64,000 nucleotides of DNA from Eledone cirrhosa. Lineage: Eukaryota. The notes under the pieces are model-generated. The model had not been told where the DNA came from. It made no database searches and worked only from the letters and a program-made list of their open reading frames with translations. The stretch is from contig OZ024742.1 in assembly GCA_964016885.1 (NCBI GenBank), positions 33,914,001 through 33,978,000 on the forward strand. The letters are read 5' to 3'. Position numbers and translations under genes: made by a program. Of the stretch, positions 40,801 to 54,668 are shown one piece after another (position 1 is the first letter of the stretch; every line of letters begins with the position of its first letter).

Positions 40801-43725
40801 TTTCAAACCTATTTATATTTTTTATTTTCTTTGCTTTTTTTTCTTCTGTATTCTGTCTTTTTCTACAATCTGGACGTTGCTTTTTACGATGAAGGGCAAA
40901 TGGCCGATACGTTGTCTGTGTAACTCATATATATAAGCACTAGGATATTGCAATTTAGTTCGTCCAGGCCTCTAGTTATGCCATATCGTATGGGTATATA
41001 AATAATTTATTGCATATTTATACGTGGATTATGAAAGATGTAAAGAATCACATTGTTCATCATTTACAGTTCATGGAAAATTAGGTAGATAATTCATGTG
41101 ACAAGTTGTATTGGGTAACATGTTGCCGGTAGCGTCCTCAATCCCACCCACCATTCTAGGAGGTCGCGAAAAATCCTCAGGAGCAACCCTTCCTCCTGAT
41201 TATGCAATGAAATATATTACTGGTGAGGATTTAATCGACTATGACCCCCTAATTAATGGCCTTGTACTAATGTTAGAAATCAATATTATATCTCTGTGAA
41301 ATAGGATAGAATAATTAAAGAGTGATCATCATTATCGCCATCATGATCATTACCCTCATCATCAATAGAGTACCCACATCAAGACGAAGGCTTCTACAAC
41401 ATGCTGCCAATTGGTTTTATCCCGTGACAGTCTTAGCCAAGTAACGCCCATATTCTTATCGATTTCCTCACATTATCGCGTATCTGCTGTTTTCCTCAGT
41501 AAGAATGTTTAAAAGTGGAATTAAACATGTATACTTTACCACCGGCACATAATTAGACACTCCTGAGATACTAATTAGTTCGTTAAGAACAAAACAGTAT
41601 GATGCAAATTATATTCTTGTTGTTAGCAATGTAGCATTTATAACCTAACATGTCATCCTTATATATATATATATAAACAATAACTAAGTGTACATATAGT
41701 TATTTAATGCGGGGAACATTAAAAATTTAACTGGAAAGGAAACAGCTATCATTTAATTATTAACTGATATTCTTTGGATTTATTTGGATGAAAACAGCGT
41801 AATTGCCGTTTTGTGATGCTATTGGCAATATTCTAGATTCCAGATTTTGTCTCCCTCTACGCTCGACTGAGAACTGCGACACTATCCAAGAAACCAGCTG
41901 TAAGATAACGTGCTTAACACAAAGTGACTTCACATTCCAACTGTCTAAAAATCTATTCTTATGTCACACTCCCAACACACGCGTGTGTGTTATCAGCACA
42001 CCAAACATTCGCAACAAAGAATGTTGGTAGAATATGGTCATTCTACTAAAGGTAAGTGGACTCCTGCACATGAAGCGAAAGATAAGGCGCCCCAGCCCGA
42101 AGCGTTTGCGACCTGCATAATTGTTTATGTAAATTTTCCTGCTATCTCATTTCTAGGTACAACTGGTTATACTGCTCATAAACTCGTCCTTGTTTCTATC
42201 CATATGGATGCTTTGAACGAATCAGATCCTAAGCACCTCCTGTCTGCCAATCTAACGACAGACGACACTGCATCTAGTCGACGTAGACCAGCGTTGGAAA
42301 TCCACTGACATATCATAGTTAAAGAGTACTCAAGTTACCACCTCACATTTATTCATTATAGCATCTATTACCGCAATTTCCGATGTGTCTGACACCATGG
42401 GGGCAATGTGGCTTTCATCTATCTAAACTGAATGTCACACAACATCTCCAACTTCAGAGAAATATGCATTGATCACCAATACTACGCAGATTCTACTAGA
42501 AAATATAGTGAATAGTGAACTGAAACCGATTGCCCGATGTTTGACGTTCACATACAATTCAGATTAAAGCCAAATCTAGACTCAAATCTATAAAATGTAT
42601 AGAGTTAGATGGGTAATCTCTTGGATCGATCTGTGTACGATTCAACAGGTTTGTGCAACCAGTTGAAACTATTACCAAGAAGCGCCGATCTCTTTAAGAG
42701 CACAATATCCAACTTTCTGGGTTAATAAAATACATATCTGCTACACGGAAATTTGTGTCTCTTTTTGGGTGACGTACTTAATCGGTTGTCCTATTTACAC
42801 ATGCCACCTTTCCTTGTCCTATTTACAACTGCTATCTTTCCTTTAAGTGCCATTAATGGAGTCCAGTCCGTTGGGGGAACTTCGCATGCCTGAGCAGAAC
42901 GTATGAATTGCAGTTTCCTCCTCACATTTTTTAACCAATCTCGATCGTGTAAAGAGCTGAGCATTGCTGTCTGTTCCTCTTCTCATTAAACCAGAGAGAT
43001 AAAACTATATGCGGGAACCAAGTCAGCGAATTATAATCAACGTAAGAAATAGCCACGGTCGTATTGGATGTCACCGTCATTATCACCACCACCACCTCCA
43101 CCAACCTCACTATCATCCTCATCATTATCACCACCATCATCATCATCATCATCAACATCATCATCATCATCATTCTCGCCATACTCATCAATATCATTAT
43201 TACAAGCATCACGACCATCATCAATATCCTCCTCTTCTCAATTATCACCATCATTATCACTATCATTCTCGTCACTATCACACCCATCATCATCATCATC
43301 ATCATCAATTTCTCACGAGATTTAAAATTCCTGACTTTTCCAAAGCAATTCCCCCCTGACATTCGGAATAGAAACATACGACCAAATACCGTGAGATTCT
43401 GTAATAAGTAATTGGGTATAGGAGGAATAGATAGATAGATATATATATAGATAGATATATAAGTTTCTTTTATTTGCCACTAGGGCATCAAAAGTGGGAC
43501 AAGTACAAAGGGGGGAGTTTACACAAAAAGGCGTCCTCAATAAGGAGGAGGCAATAACAAAATATAAAAATAAAATAAGATATAACAAAAAATAAAATTT
43601 TTAACAAAATCCTCAATAGAGAGGAGGCGCCTTGGGGGGTCGCACACACCACCGAAAAAAGTGTGCAACCCTTTTCCTCAGGAGCACAGAGAGGGGGTGC
43701 TCCCTCGTTCCTTCCTCTTTTCCAC

Positions 43726-46700
43726 CTACAGGCTTATGTAAAGAGAAGGCCCATTCACACGGGCCATTCTCGCCACTTTCACCCACCTTTCATAAAAACG
43801 ACTGGGGTGCAGCACCTCTCTCTCCATCCTGATCCTTCTTCCGAAATGATATCGGAAGAAACGGACCAGTTGTTGGCCAGAGAGAAAGGTGCCTGACCTC
43901 AGTCCTTTCAGACGCGTCCACCATACAACCTCTTTCGCCATGGCTATTACGCACAGAAACACCGCCTCTGCTTCATCTTTGAAGGGGGGAGGCGGCTTGA
44001 TCATTACAATAGACTCGGTGGTCAACCGGATCGGTCCCACCCTTGACAGCAGTTGTTCGACATAGCCCCACAGATCGGCTACGCCCGAGCAGTGTACCAA
44101 TGCGTGTGCAACGGTTTCCTCGTCGCACACGCATCTGGGACAGATCTTTTTGGCGGGGTCCCTACCCGGGCGCCCGTGTCTGTAGAGCCTTTCTCGAACG
44201 GGTAAAGCCCCTCGGTAGCACTGCCAGGCCAGGGACTTCTGGAAGTTGTCCATAGGTCCCGGGCTGAATGTCCTACCGAACAGGCCGGCCAGTTCGTCCT
44301 CCTCCATGTCTAGGGCTTCTCCGAGGGCGTCGTCGCACCTGCTGCGTACCAGCCCTCTATAGAATGTTGCGGTGGAGTCTCCACTGATAACCGGATCCGC
44401 CTGCCAGAGGGCGGTGAGCGCCTGGGCACACTCAGTGTGCCAGGCGCCCAGTTTTCTCGGTCTTTGCTTGACCCAGGATTGCAGCTCGGTGAGTGAGACG
44501 AGTCTGGGAAAGGTTCGTCTCACAAACGAGGCCCACACCGGTTGTCCGGTGAGGAATACGTAGAGGTGCCGTAGCCTTAATGCGTGTTTACGCATCATTA
44601 GCCACGGCATCCCCAGCCCTCCTTTCGAAGGGTGTTGACAGCAGATGGATCTCCTCACCATAGGAGCCCGCCCCTTCCAAAGGAATTGGAAGAGCGCGCG
44701 CTCCATCTTGGTGAGGGTTTCCCTTGGGCAGGGCACTACGGTCAGGCGGTAGTAGATGACGGACGCTATATAAGTGTTCACCACCTCCGCCCGACCTTTC
44801 AGGGATAGTTTGCAACTGGCCCACTTCTGGGTCAGTGCAAACACCCTGTTCGTAACCTCCGCCCAGTTTTTCTCCACCTGGAGGTCCGGTCCGAACCAGA
44901 CCCCGAGCAACTTCACCGGGCCCTCCGTCCAGCGTCCGACGACGCCATCGGAGGGCATCGGTCTGCCCCTCCACGTGCCGAGTTGCAAACCGATCGACTT
45001 GTCCCGGTTCAGCTTAGCCCCTGTGAACTTTTCGTACTCCTCCAGTAAGGTGCCGACCACCTCGATTTCGGAGGCCGTCGACACCATTACTGTCACATCA
45101 TCGGCGTAGGCTGACACCGCTTTCCGCAATCCCGGTTCCAAAGGGATGCCCTGCAACAACTCCAACTTCCGCAGTAGTGGCTCGAGAGTCAACACATACA
45201 GAAGGGAGGAGAGAGGGCACCCTTGTCGGATGGACCGCGCGATTTTGAACGGCTCCGAGAGGTAGCCGTTCACCTTGACCCTAGAGCAGATGCGGCTGCT
45301 GTGCATAGCAGTGATCCAGCCCCTGAAAACGGGTCCGAAGCCTGCCGCCGCTAGCACCGCATCCAGGTAACCATGGTCGACCCTATCGAACGCCTTAGAT
45401 TGATCCAAGTTGATCAGAGCCCCACCAAAGCCGGGTTCGTTCCCAACCCTCTCTATGATGTATCGCATGAGGTGGAGGTTGTCATGGATGGACCTGGACG
45501 GGATAGCGCATGTCTGCGCATCTCCCACCAGGTTGCCCACGACAAGCGCCAACCTCTTTGCTAGCACCTTGGCCAAAATCTGTAACTCTGTATTTAGCAG
45601 AGTTATGGGCCTGAAGTTACTTATTTCGTCCCCCTTGTTCTCGTCCTTCCTCACTAGCGTGACTACGCCCTTGGTCACAGTACAGGGAATTCTCCCGTTC
45701 TGTTGCCAGTTGCAGTAGACCGCCTCGAGGAGATCGGGGAACAAGTCCGGCATAGCTAGATATAATTCGTAAGGAAGACCATCGAGACCCGGGGATTTGC
45801 GTTTGCCGCATTGGCCCAGCACGTCTTCTATCTCAGCGGCCGAAATCGGCTCCTCGCAAGACTTCGCCTCCCTGTCCGAGAGGCGCGGCAGGCCGTCGAG
45901 GTATGGACCGAAGTCCACGTTTCCAACCGGCTCCCCGCCCCTCCCGAACAGTCGGGCAAAGTGCCTTTGAAAGGCCTCACACATCTGCTTAGGCTCAAGA
46001 ATCGCCCGTCCATCCAGGTCTCGCAAAGACCGGATGGTGGATTTAGTTCCACTGTTGGCCTCTGTCACGCGGGCCCAGCTAACAGCTTTGGCCCCCTCGT
46101 TCCCTAGAGCACGTATTTTACTTCGGACAACGCAGCCTTCGTGCTTCGCGTCGAAAAACTGGCCCAAAGCCGTTCTCGATGCTAGCACTCTGGCCACGTC
46201 GCCGCTTCTAATTGCCTCTTCTACTCTATCTATTAGCTCCCTTTCCTTCCTATTCCTATCCGCAGCTAGAACCTTACTAAATTCAATCGAGGCTACTCTA
46301 ATCTCTCTCTTTAGAGATACCCACCACCTGCTGTTGACGATCGCTCCAGTCAACCGTTCCTTAACTAACGTACTAATCCGTTTCCTGTAGGCTCTACTTG
46401 CCGGCAAGGACAAGTTGAGCTTCCAGTAACCGGGGCCCTGTCTATGCGTTCTATCAAGGTTGACCATGCAGGTCACCAACTTGTGGTCTGAATAGCCAAC
46501 CATGAGCATTTCTGGACAACTTAAAAAGTCCCTGTCCTTATTTCTAACTAAAAATCTATCTAGGTACGATCTAGATGATCCGCTGCGATTTGACCAAGAC
46601 CAGGTTGGCACCGTCGGAAAATCTAGTCGAAATCTATCGGCCAGGTCAAATCGGCCGAGTAACCCCTTGAGGCTGTTGCACCCCTCTCTATCGGGACATG

Positions 46701-47163
46701 CCCCTGCATAGTCCCAACGTGCATCCAGGATACCATTCCAATCCCCCACTAAAAGCAGGGAACGGGACGTCCCTAGAAAAGACTCCAGACGCTGGAAAAA
46801 GTCGGGCCGCTCTGTCCCAAAAGGGGCATATGCGGCTATCAGCCTAAGGGCTCTACCTTCACCACTGCCAAGGTCCAGCACCACCAGTCGACCCCCTGGG
46901 TCCAAGTGAACTATCTGTGTTGCAAGGCCCATATGTTTTTGCAGCAGAACGACAACCCCACCCCCACCTCCGGGCTGACAGAGAGATGCGTGCATCTCAA
47001 AGTCGTCAAAGGTGGGGGCTAGCTGTCGGATGCTGCTGATCCGGGCCTCGCAGATAACCATCACATTTATAGATTGTGACCTGAGGTCATTTAGAAGCAT
47101 TGCTTGCTTCCAAGACGAGCCCAGACCACGCGCATTTAGACACCCTACTCTTAGCACAGCCAT
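43726..47163 (-). CDS. Tx1 ORF2: AP endonuclease + reverse transcriptase + CCHC zinc finger
   Basis: LNARGL, GDWN, SDH, KSPGLDG, FRPITLLN, DQSKAFDRVDH, IRQGCPLS, YADD, CPRC...HAL..C. ATG at 47163. Confidence 0.93.
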   Translation of the reverse strand: MAVLRVGCLNARGLGSSWKQAMLLNDLRSQSINVMVICEARISSIRQLAPTFDDFEMHASLCQPGGGGGVVVLLQKHMGLATQIVHLDPGGRLVVLDLGSGEGRALRLIAAYAPFGTERPDFFQRLESFLGTSRSLLLVGDWNGILDARWDYAGACPDREGCNSLKGLLGRFDLADRFRLDFPTVPTWSWSNRSGSSRSYLDRFLVRNKDRDFLSCPEMLMVGYSDHKLVTCMVNLDRTHRQGPGYWKLNLSLPASRAYRKRISTLVKERLTGAIVNSRWWVSLKREIRVASIEFSKVLAADRNRKERELIDRVEEAIRSGDVARVLASRTALGQFFDAKHEGCVVRSKIRALGNEGAKAVSWARVTEANSGTKSTIRSLRDLDGRAILEPKQMCEAFQRHFARLFGRGGEPVGNVDFGPYLDGLPRLSDREAKSCEEPISAAEIEDVLGQCGKRKSPGLDGLPYELYLAMPDLFPDLLEAVYCNWQQNGRIPCTVTKGVVTLVRKDENKGDEISNFRPITLLNTELQILAKVLAKRLALVVGNLVGDAQTCAIPSRSIHDNLHLMRYIIERVGNEPGFGGALINLDQSKAFDRVDHGYLDAVLAAAGFGPVFRGWITAMHSSRICSRVKVNGYLSEPFKIARSIRQGCPLSSLLYVLTLEPLLRKLELLQGIPLEPGLRKAVSAYADDVTVMVSTASEIEVVGTLLEEYEKFTGAKLNRDKSIGLQLGTWRGRPMPSDGVVGRWTEGPVKLLGVWFGPDLQVEKNWAEVTNRVFALTQKWASCKLSLKGRAEVVNTYIASVIYYRLTVVPCPRETLTKMERALFQFLWKGRAPMVRRSICCQHPSKGGLGMPWLMMRKHALRLRHLYVFLTGQPVWASFVRRTFPRLVSLTELQSWVKQRPRKLGAWHTECAQALTALWQADPVISGDSTATFYRGLVRSRCDDALGEALDMEEDELAGLFGRTFSPGPMDNFQKSLAWQCYRGALPVRERLYRHGRPGRDPAKKICPRCVCDEETVAHALVHCSGVADLWGYVEQLLSRVGPIRLTTESIVMIKPPPPFKDEAEAVFLCVIAMAKEVVWWTRLKGLRSGTFLSGQQLVRFFRYHFGRRIRMEREVLHPSRFYERWVKVARMARVNGPSLYISL

Positions 47164-47187
47164 GTTGGTGGTAAAGAGAAAAGGCAC

Positions 47188-48815
47188 TTACCTCTCTGCG
47201 TCCCGGGAAACGGGCCGCTCAATTTCCATGCTGGTTGGGGATGGGTTGTTGGGTGGGGTTGTGGTTTGTGGAAGTGAAGGGGCATCGGTGTGTTGTGGGG
47301 TTGGGGTGTTTGTCGTTGAGTGGGTGTCTGGGTGGGGTGGGGGGGTGAAATTTTTTAGGAGGACGCGGTTGATTGGTTTGACGCAGGGGGGGCCCACGTC
47401 CTCCGTGAAATTTATTTTCAGTGTTTTGTACAAGTGCATTGGGACTTTTATCATTTTCAAATGAGGTAGTCCCACAGCAGTTATAAAGTTTGGCCCTTCA
47501 GTTTGGACCGAAGGGTTTGCTGAAATTGTTTTCCGTAATTCTTTGTTGTCTGTGTTCATGTATGTGTATTGTAATGTCTTTTTTTGTGTAGCAGTTAGTG
47601 TTGTGTGACAGGGAGGGGTGGTTTGTGTGTAGTTTGTGTTCTCTTGGGGGGGATTAAAGTTAACATGTGTGTCTGTGGTGCGTCTCCTCTTCTTTCTTTT
47701 TACTTGTTGGAAGGGATCTTTTTCGTCTTGCGACGAAAGAGGTTCGTCTTCCTTGTTGGGTGGGAGGGGTATGTTTTCTGGTAGTGTTTGCGGTGTGCGT
47801 GTTTTTGTATTTGTTTTGGGTGGGACAGTATTCTGTGTTATTTTTTCACGTGTTTGTTGTTGTTGTTGTTGTGGTGGTGGTGGTGGGGTTGTTGGTTTTT
47901 GTTGTTGTTGTGGTTGTTTTTGTTGTTGTAGTTGGGGTGGTGTTGGTGTTGGTAGCAGTGTTTTTTTCTGTGTGAGCTGGGGACAGGCAGCCCTCAGGTG
48001 ACCTCTATTGCCACAGAGGTAACAGGAGGGACGCCTACCCTCCACAATAATGTTGAGGTGGGTACGGTCATCCAGCATGACGCGCTCAGGGATTTGGGCG
48101 ATGCGTTCTGGCCTTATTTGGGTCAGAACTTCGAGGCTCGTTCCACTGAACGCGTCGCCGGATGCCTTCCCTATTGAGATGAGGTTGTCCTCGTCTAAAT
48201 TGAGGAAACCTGTTAGTAACCACCAGTAGTTTATGTTTGGGGTGATGGTGGTTATCCATATCCTCTGGGTTTTTTTACCCATGTAGGTGGGGAAGAAGGT
48301 GTAGTGTGTGGACCGAATTGGCGACACAGAGTATTTTTTTGCCGCCAATTCGTCTTTCATCAATATGGATAAACTCCCATAGAGTTTATCCTTTTGTATG
48401 AAAGTGATGTCTCTCATCGCGTCTTTCAAGACTAACTGAGTTTCCGCTTGAGATGGTTGCGCTGGTTTCTTTGTTTTATTTAAAATTGTTCGGAATACGA
48501 CAGTTCGTAATTCCGTCTGTCTTTTTAGCTCCGGAGGTGAATGTATAGAAAACGATCCGTTTTCGCCAAAAGACACATATTTCTTGGCTTTTTCCAGCAT
48601 TTCTTTTGCTTTTGAAATATCTTCCAGCACATAAGCGACTGATAATTTAGCCGTTTGTGCAAAAGATATTTTGTTTTCGTTTTGGGTATTAGTATTGTTT
48701 TGTTTCTCGTCGTTTGAGTTGTTTTCATCTTTGTTGTTGTTGTTGTTTTTCTCGTTTCGTGTGTGGATACTTGTGACGTTTGTGTTGTTGTTGTTTTTGT
48801 TGTCTTTATCGTTGC

Positions 48816-48859
<44 letters not shown>

Positions 48860-49032
48860 TCAAATTCTTGTGTAGTTGTGGCTACATCTAGTGGTCGGTC
48901 AACAGGTGAAGACAATTCTTCCTCTCTCTGACCTCTGCCTTTGGCATCTGCTGCTGTGACAGTGGCAGGGGGAAGCTGTGAGTATGACTTCCCCTTTCCT
49001 TCTTTGATTGATGGTGAAGATGCTTCAGCCAT
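47188..49032 (-). CDS. Tx1 ORF1: gag-like zinc-knuckle protein
   Basis: CYLCGNRGHLRAAC knuckle, N/Q/P-rich linkers, directly upstream of ORF2. Confidence 0.85.
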
Positions 49033-49331
49033 TTTTCTCAAAATAGGGTTTTTCGAAGTTTTTCGAAAGATAAAATGTTCACAATACTATTTCGCCCAAA
49101 GGCGCAGAATATTTTGAGAGACCGACCAGATCAAAATTTGACCTGGCAGTCCCTCTACAAAATGATACAAAAATGAAAGTTTACAGTTTACAATTTCCGT
49201 ATGAATTTAAACAAAAACTTACCGAGCGAGCTCAGCACATGTGTCCATCGTAGAGATAGATAGATAGATATATAGATAGATATATAGATAGATAGACAGA
49301 AAGATAGATAGATAAATAGATAGATAGATAT

Positions 49332-49820
49332 CTTTCTTTATTTGCCACAGGGGCGTACACAAATGGGACATTACAAGATGTGACGGCAGGTGTTTTACAT
49401 AAAAATCATACAACTTTAATAAATAACAATAAACTATATATATAATAAAATAACAATTGAAATCCCCAATAGAAGGGGGGTGGGGACGTTGCTGCAGCGT
49501 TGTTTTACACCCCGTGGATAGAACAACCCTCAACACCAGGAACACGTTTTGTAGGTGTTCCTGTCTTCCCTCTGTTCATCTTCCTTAACCTACAGGTTTA
49601 TATAGAGAAGGCCCATTCACTCGGGCCATTTTTGCCACATTTACCCACTTTTCATCGAATTTACTGGGATGTAGCACCTCTCTCTCCACTCTCACCTTCC
49701 TTCTGAAGTGGTACTTAAAGAAAGGGATAAGTTGTTGTCCGGAGAGAAAGGTGTTTGCCCTCAGTGTTTGCCACCATATTACCTCTTTCGCCATAGCCAC
49801 CAGGCATGGCAAAAGACGTA
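49332..49820 (-). mobile_element. 3' fragment of a diverged Tx1 subfamily
   Basis: AMAKEVIWW...FLSGQQL...EREVLHPS matches the ORF2 C-terminus; (GATA)n flanks. Confidence 0.8.
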
Positions 49821-49860
<40 letters not shown>

Positions 49861-49863
49861 GTA

Positions 49864-49910
<47 letters not shown>

Positions 49911-50019
49911 TTAATATATCTCATCTATATTGAATCTCATCTATATTAAAACTGTTATACTCTGCTATGTATTGAGTACCTTACTTACTGTGGTTACCTC
50001 CGATTCAACCCGGAATAAC

Positions 50020-50066
<47 letters not shown>

Positions 50067-50235
50067 ATTATGTATAATGATATATAGATATAGGTAGATA
50101 GGTATATAGATAGATAGATAGGTAGATAGATAGATGCATAAATAGATAAATGGATCGTTACTTATAAGAGTGTAGATAGATAAAAAGATATATAGATATA
50201 TAGAAAGGTAGATAGATAGATAGATAGATAGATAT

Positions 50236-51840
50236 GTTTCTTTTATTTGCCACCAGGGCATCAAAAGAGGGGCAAGTACAATGGGGGAGTTTACAAAACA
50301 AGGCGTCCTCAATAAGGAGGAGGCAATAACAAAATATAAAAATAAAATACAATATAACAGAATAAAATATATAACAAAATCCTCAATAGAGAGGAGGCGC
50401 CTTGGGGGGTCGCACACACCCCCGAAAAAAGTGTGCAACCCTTTTCCTCAGGAGCACAGAGAAGGGGTGCTCCCTTGGTCTTTCATCTTCCTCACCTATA
50501 GTCTGATGTAGAGTGAAGGCCCATTCACACGGGCCATTCTCGCCACTTTCACCCATCTTTCATAAAAACGGCTGGGGTGCAGCACCTCTCTCTCCATCCT
50601 GATCCTTCTTCCGAAATGATATCGGAAGAAACGGACCAGTTGTTGGCCAGAGAGAAAGGTGTCTGACCTCAGCCCTTTCAGACGCGTCCACCATACAACC
50701 TCTTTCGCAATGGCTATTACGCACAGAAACACCGCCTCTCCTTCGTTTTTGAAGAGGGGAGGCGGCTTGATCGTTACAATAGACTCGGTGGTCAACCGGG
50801 TCGGTCCCACCCTTGACAGCAGTTGTTCGACATAGCCCCACAGATCAGCAATGCCCGAGCAGTGTACCAATGCGTGTGCAACGGTTTCCTCGTCGCACAC
50901 GCATCTGGGACAGATCTTTTTCGAGGGGTCCCTACCCGGGCGCCCGTGTCTGTAGAGCCTTTCTCGAACGGGCAGAGCCCTTCTGTAGCAGTGCTAGGCC
51001 AGGGACCTCTGGAAGTTATCCATAGGTCCCGGGCTGAATGTCCTACCGAACAGGTTGGCCAGTTCGTCTTCCTCCATGCCTAGGGCTTCTCCCAGGGCGT
51101 CGTCGCACCTGCTAACCACCAGCCCTCTATATGCGGTGGATGTGATTGGTTTGATGGACAGTTTCACTGCTATGTCCCTGTCCTTCATGAGAATGGATAG
51201 ACTCCGTTAGGTTCTATCCTTCTGAATGAATGTGTTGTCCTTCAATAAGGTCTTTTAAAAGCAGCTCTATCTCACTCTGTGATGGTTGAGCTGGTTTTTT
51301 GCTTTTATTCGAGATTGTCCTAAACATGACAGTGTTTAGGAGTCTCTGGCTTTTTAGTTCCGGGGGGGGGGGGGGAATGGATCTTGAATGAACTATTTTC
51401 CCCGTACACTATATATTTTTTGGCATCTGCCAATAGCTCCTTCGCTTTGGTTATATCTACTGGCAGATAGTCGAGGGTTTTCCTTGCCGTCTGGGCGAAG
51501 GAGACCCTTTCCCTGCTTGTGTTGCGGTTGTAGTTGGTGGTGTTGTTGCTATCATTGTTGTTGTTATCACAGTTATTGGTCTTGTTGTTGTTGTTATTGT
51601 TATTGGTGTTGTTTTCGTCCGTCGCATTGTTGTTGTTGGTGTTGTTGCTGGTGCCGCTGGTTCTTTGGTTTGTTGCCATGGCAACGTCAAGTTGTCGGTC
51701 AGCGGGTGGAGAACATCCTTCCTCTGGCTGACCTTTGTTTTTGACCTCTGCTACTGTGACAGTGGCAGGGTGAGGCTGTAAGTTTATCTTCTCCTTTCCA
51801 CCTTCGAATTTTGGTGAAGAAGCTTTAGCCATTTTAAAAG
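50236..51840 (-). mobile_element. Internally deleted Tx1 copy: ORF1 5' part fused to ORF2 3' part
   Basis: 51136-51832 is ORF1-like (MAKASSP..SFAQTA..KIHSPP); 50236-51135 closely matches ~43463-44362; (GATA)n flanks. Confidence 0.8.
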
Positions 51841-52331
51841 ATAGATAGATAGATAGATAGATAGGTAGATATATAGTCAGGCAGATTGGCAGATAGGGAA
51901 TTAAGAACATGGAGTTAAAACAATATTTGAGGAGCGGAGATAAATAGAAGAACATGAGAAAGAAAAGAAGGAAATACCAGGGAAGGAAGGAGGAGAGAAA
52001 GAAAAAGAAGGAAAATAGAAAAACCAAAAGAAGCTACAGAAGAAAAGGAACGAATAGAACACAAATGACAAAATCTTAAAAGAAAAACGAGATATTGCAA
52101 ATGAGGAAAAAAAAAAGGATGAAAGAAAAGAGAAGATAACCAAGGAAGAGAAAGAAAGAATGGAAAAAAATGAACATAAAAAAGGAATGAAATCAGAAAT
52201 ATATCAGGAAAGAAGTCATGTGGATAATAGAAGGAAATAAAAATAAAATAAAAAAGGGGAATGAATGAAGTGAATGAAATTGAGAAAGAAGTATTTTCTC
52301 CTTCCCTCTCCGAATCGATGCTCTTATCTCA

Positions 52332-52400
<69 letters not shown>

Positions 52401-52405
52401 TATAT

Positions 52406-52536
<131 letters not shown>

Positions 52537-52543
52537 CATATAT

Positions 52544-52615
<72 letters not shown>

Positions 52616-52637
52616 ATACATATATATATATAATATA

Positions 52638-52703
<66 letters not shown>

Positions 52704-52707
<4 letters not shown>

Positions 52708-53233
52708 GCGACGCTGGTTGGTCAGTCTAGTCACTACTTCTGATCAGATCCGAGAATAGTCCTTAGAAGGACTGTTATCGCATACGGTCTGATCAGATAT
52801 GAAGATAGCCCTTAAAAGGACTGTTGTCGCATATAGCCCTTAAAAGAACTGTTGGGGATGGACAGACGAAAGCACAAGTTGAAAGGACGAAGCAAGGCGA
52901 GATGTAAATTCGATCAGCTATTTATTTCCACATGAAGCGACGATACGAGATACAAGGCGTGTGAGTGACAAAGCGTGGCAGAGTAAAGGAACAACGATAC
53001 GCTAGCTGACTCTGCCAAAAGTCGACTGGCGAAAGTGTTAGGAACCATTCTATTTATACAGGAACAATCCTTTGTTGTTTAGTCGATGTGTAGGCGTTTA
53101 TCCTGGTAGGTTCTTATTCTGGTAGGTTCTAATTCTGGTAGGTTCTAAGGGTTCTTTTGTTTCACGTTGAGTAGCTAGCTAACAGGTAGATGGCGCTGTA
53201 TATTTCACAGCTGTTATTTCCGGTGGTTGTACA
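52704..53233 (-). mobile_element. Probable solo LTR
   Basis: TGTA...TACA termini, 530 bp, minus-strand TATAAA and AATAAA, short internal repeats, inserted in (TA)n. Confidence 0.6.
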
Positions 53234-53258
53234 TATATATAATTTATATATATATATG

Positions 53259-53370
<112 letters not shown>

Positions 53371-53568
53371 TATATATCTATATATATCTATATATCTATA
53401 TATATATATTATATTATATATATATATATATATTTATACTATAAGAGTAAAGGAAAAAGGATTCAGTGTTGCATCATAACATATTTAATAACATATTACA
53501 TATGTTTCACTATCGATCAGCTCGAGGAAAGACCTATTATAGATCGAACCTGACTCTGTAATCGAAAG

Positions 53569-53612
<44 letters not shown>

Positions 53613-53818
53613 AACTGAGAAAAACCACAGACCCTCCATCTCAACTCTACTTTTGAAAAGCAGAAGAACTGCGAAACCGGTAAAGGAACCATATAAATAT
53701 ATATATTTTTTAAAAATAAGACACCAGTTGCATTTTCGATTTCATCTTTTTTTCTTTATACTTTCACTCGTGTAGGACACCTCGGTTATTTTTCATTTTG
53801 TTAAAAAAAACCCTCACC

Positions 53819-53857
<39 letters not shown>

Positions 53858-53862
<5 letters not shown>

Positions 53863-54637
53863 GACAGGCGGGAAGAAAAAATGGCTTCACTTGTGCTTTC
53901 AACAAATTTATTTTCTTCACAAAATCCAAAAAGAATTTTTCTTAAAAAAATTATTTTATAAATTAAGTTGTTGGTTGTTGGTTAGGTCTTAGGAGTTCTT
54001 GGTTAACGTAGGAGGTATTGTTTCGTTTTTAGAAAGACCTTTCACGCTGAGGTGCGCTTGTCAAACTGATGTGTATGTGGTGTGTTGTTCTATATATAGG
54101 GATTTAACATGTCTGTGGTGTGGTGGGGGTTTCTTTTCTCCCCCTTTAATAAGTACATGGGTGTAGGTGTGTTGAAAAAGTGTTCATAGCAGTAATGAGT
54201 TGAGACGGTGAGTAGGGTTGGGTGGGGAGAAATGTAGCAAGTGCGGCCTGCCCCGGTCATTCTCGAAAAATTCCTTTATTCAGGGGAAAAAGCTTTTAGA
54301 ATTGCTTTTGTGTTGAGAATGGTCACAGGCAAATCGCACCTGTCAAGTTTGTGAATAATTATTTTTTTCTTTTTTTCCCTGAAGAATTTTTCTACGTCCA
54401 TCCCAAAGTTAGTCCTTTGTTCAACACACACATATGTGCGCATACACGTACATACACACACGGGCATATGTAGGAATATATAGGCACACACCATCAATCA
54501 CACACCCATGTACAAATACATCCACATACATACACAAAAACATATAGAGACACATATAAAAACACACATACACATACGTACACACACGAATATGTACTCA
54601 TACCTCCACATGGGTATATATATATATATACATACAC

Positions 54638-54668
<31 letters not shown>

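Larger units (their letters stand above)
43460..49250 (-). mobile_element. Full-length Tx1-type (L1 superfamily) non-LTR retrotransposon inserted in (GATA)n
   Basis: Two intact ORFs; 3' AATAAA then (TATC)n; 5' flank is also (TATC)n. Confidence 0.92.

Noticed and set aside
41961-42308. Plus-strand ORF with a possible GT-AG intron
   Set aside because: No recognisable protein motif; cannot be supported without transcript data.
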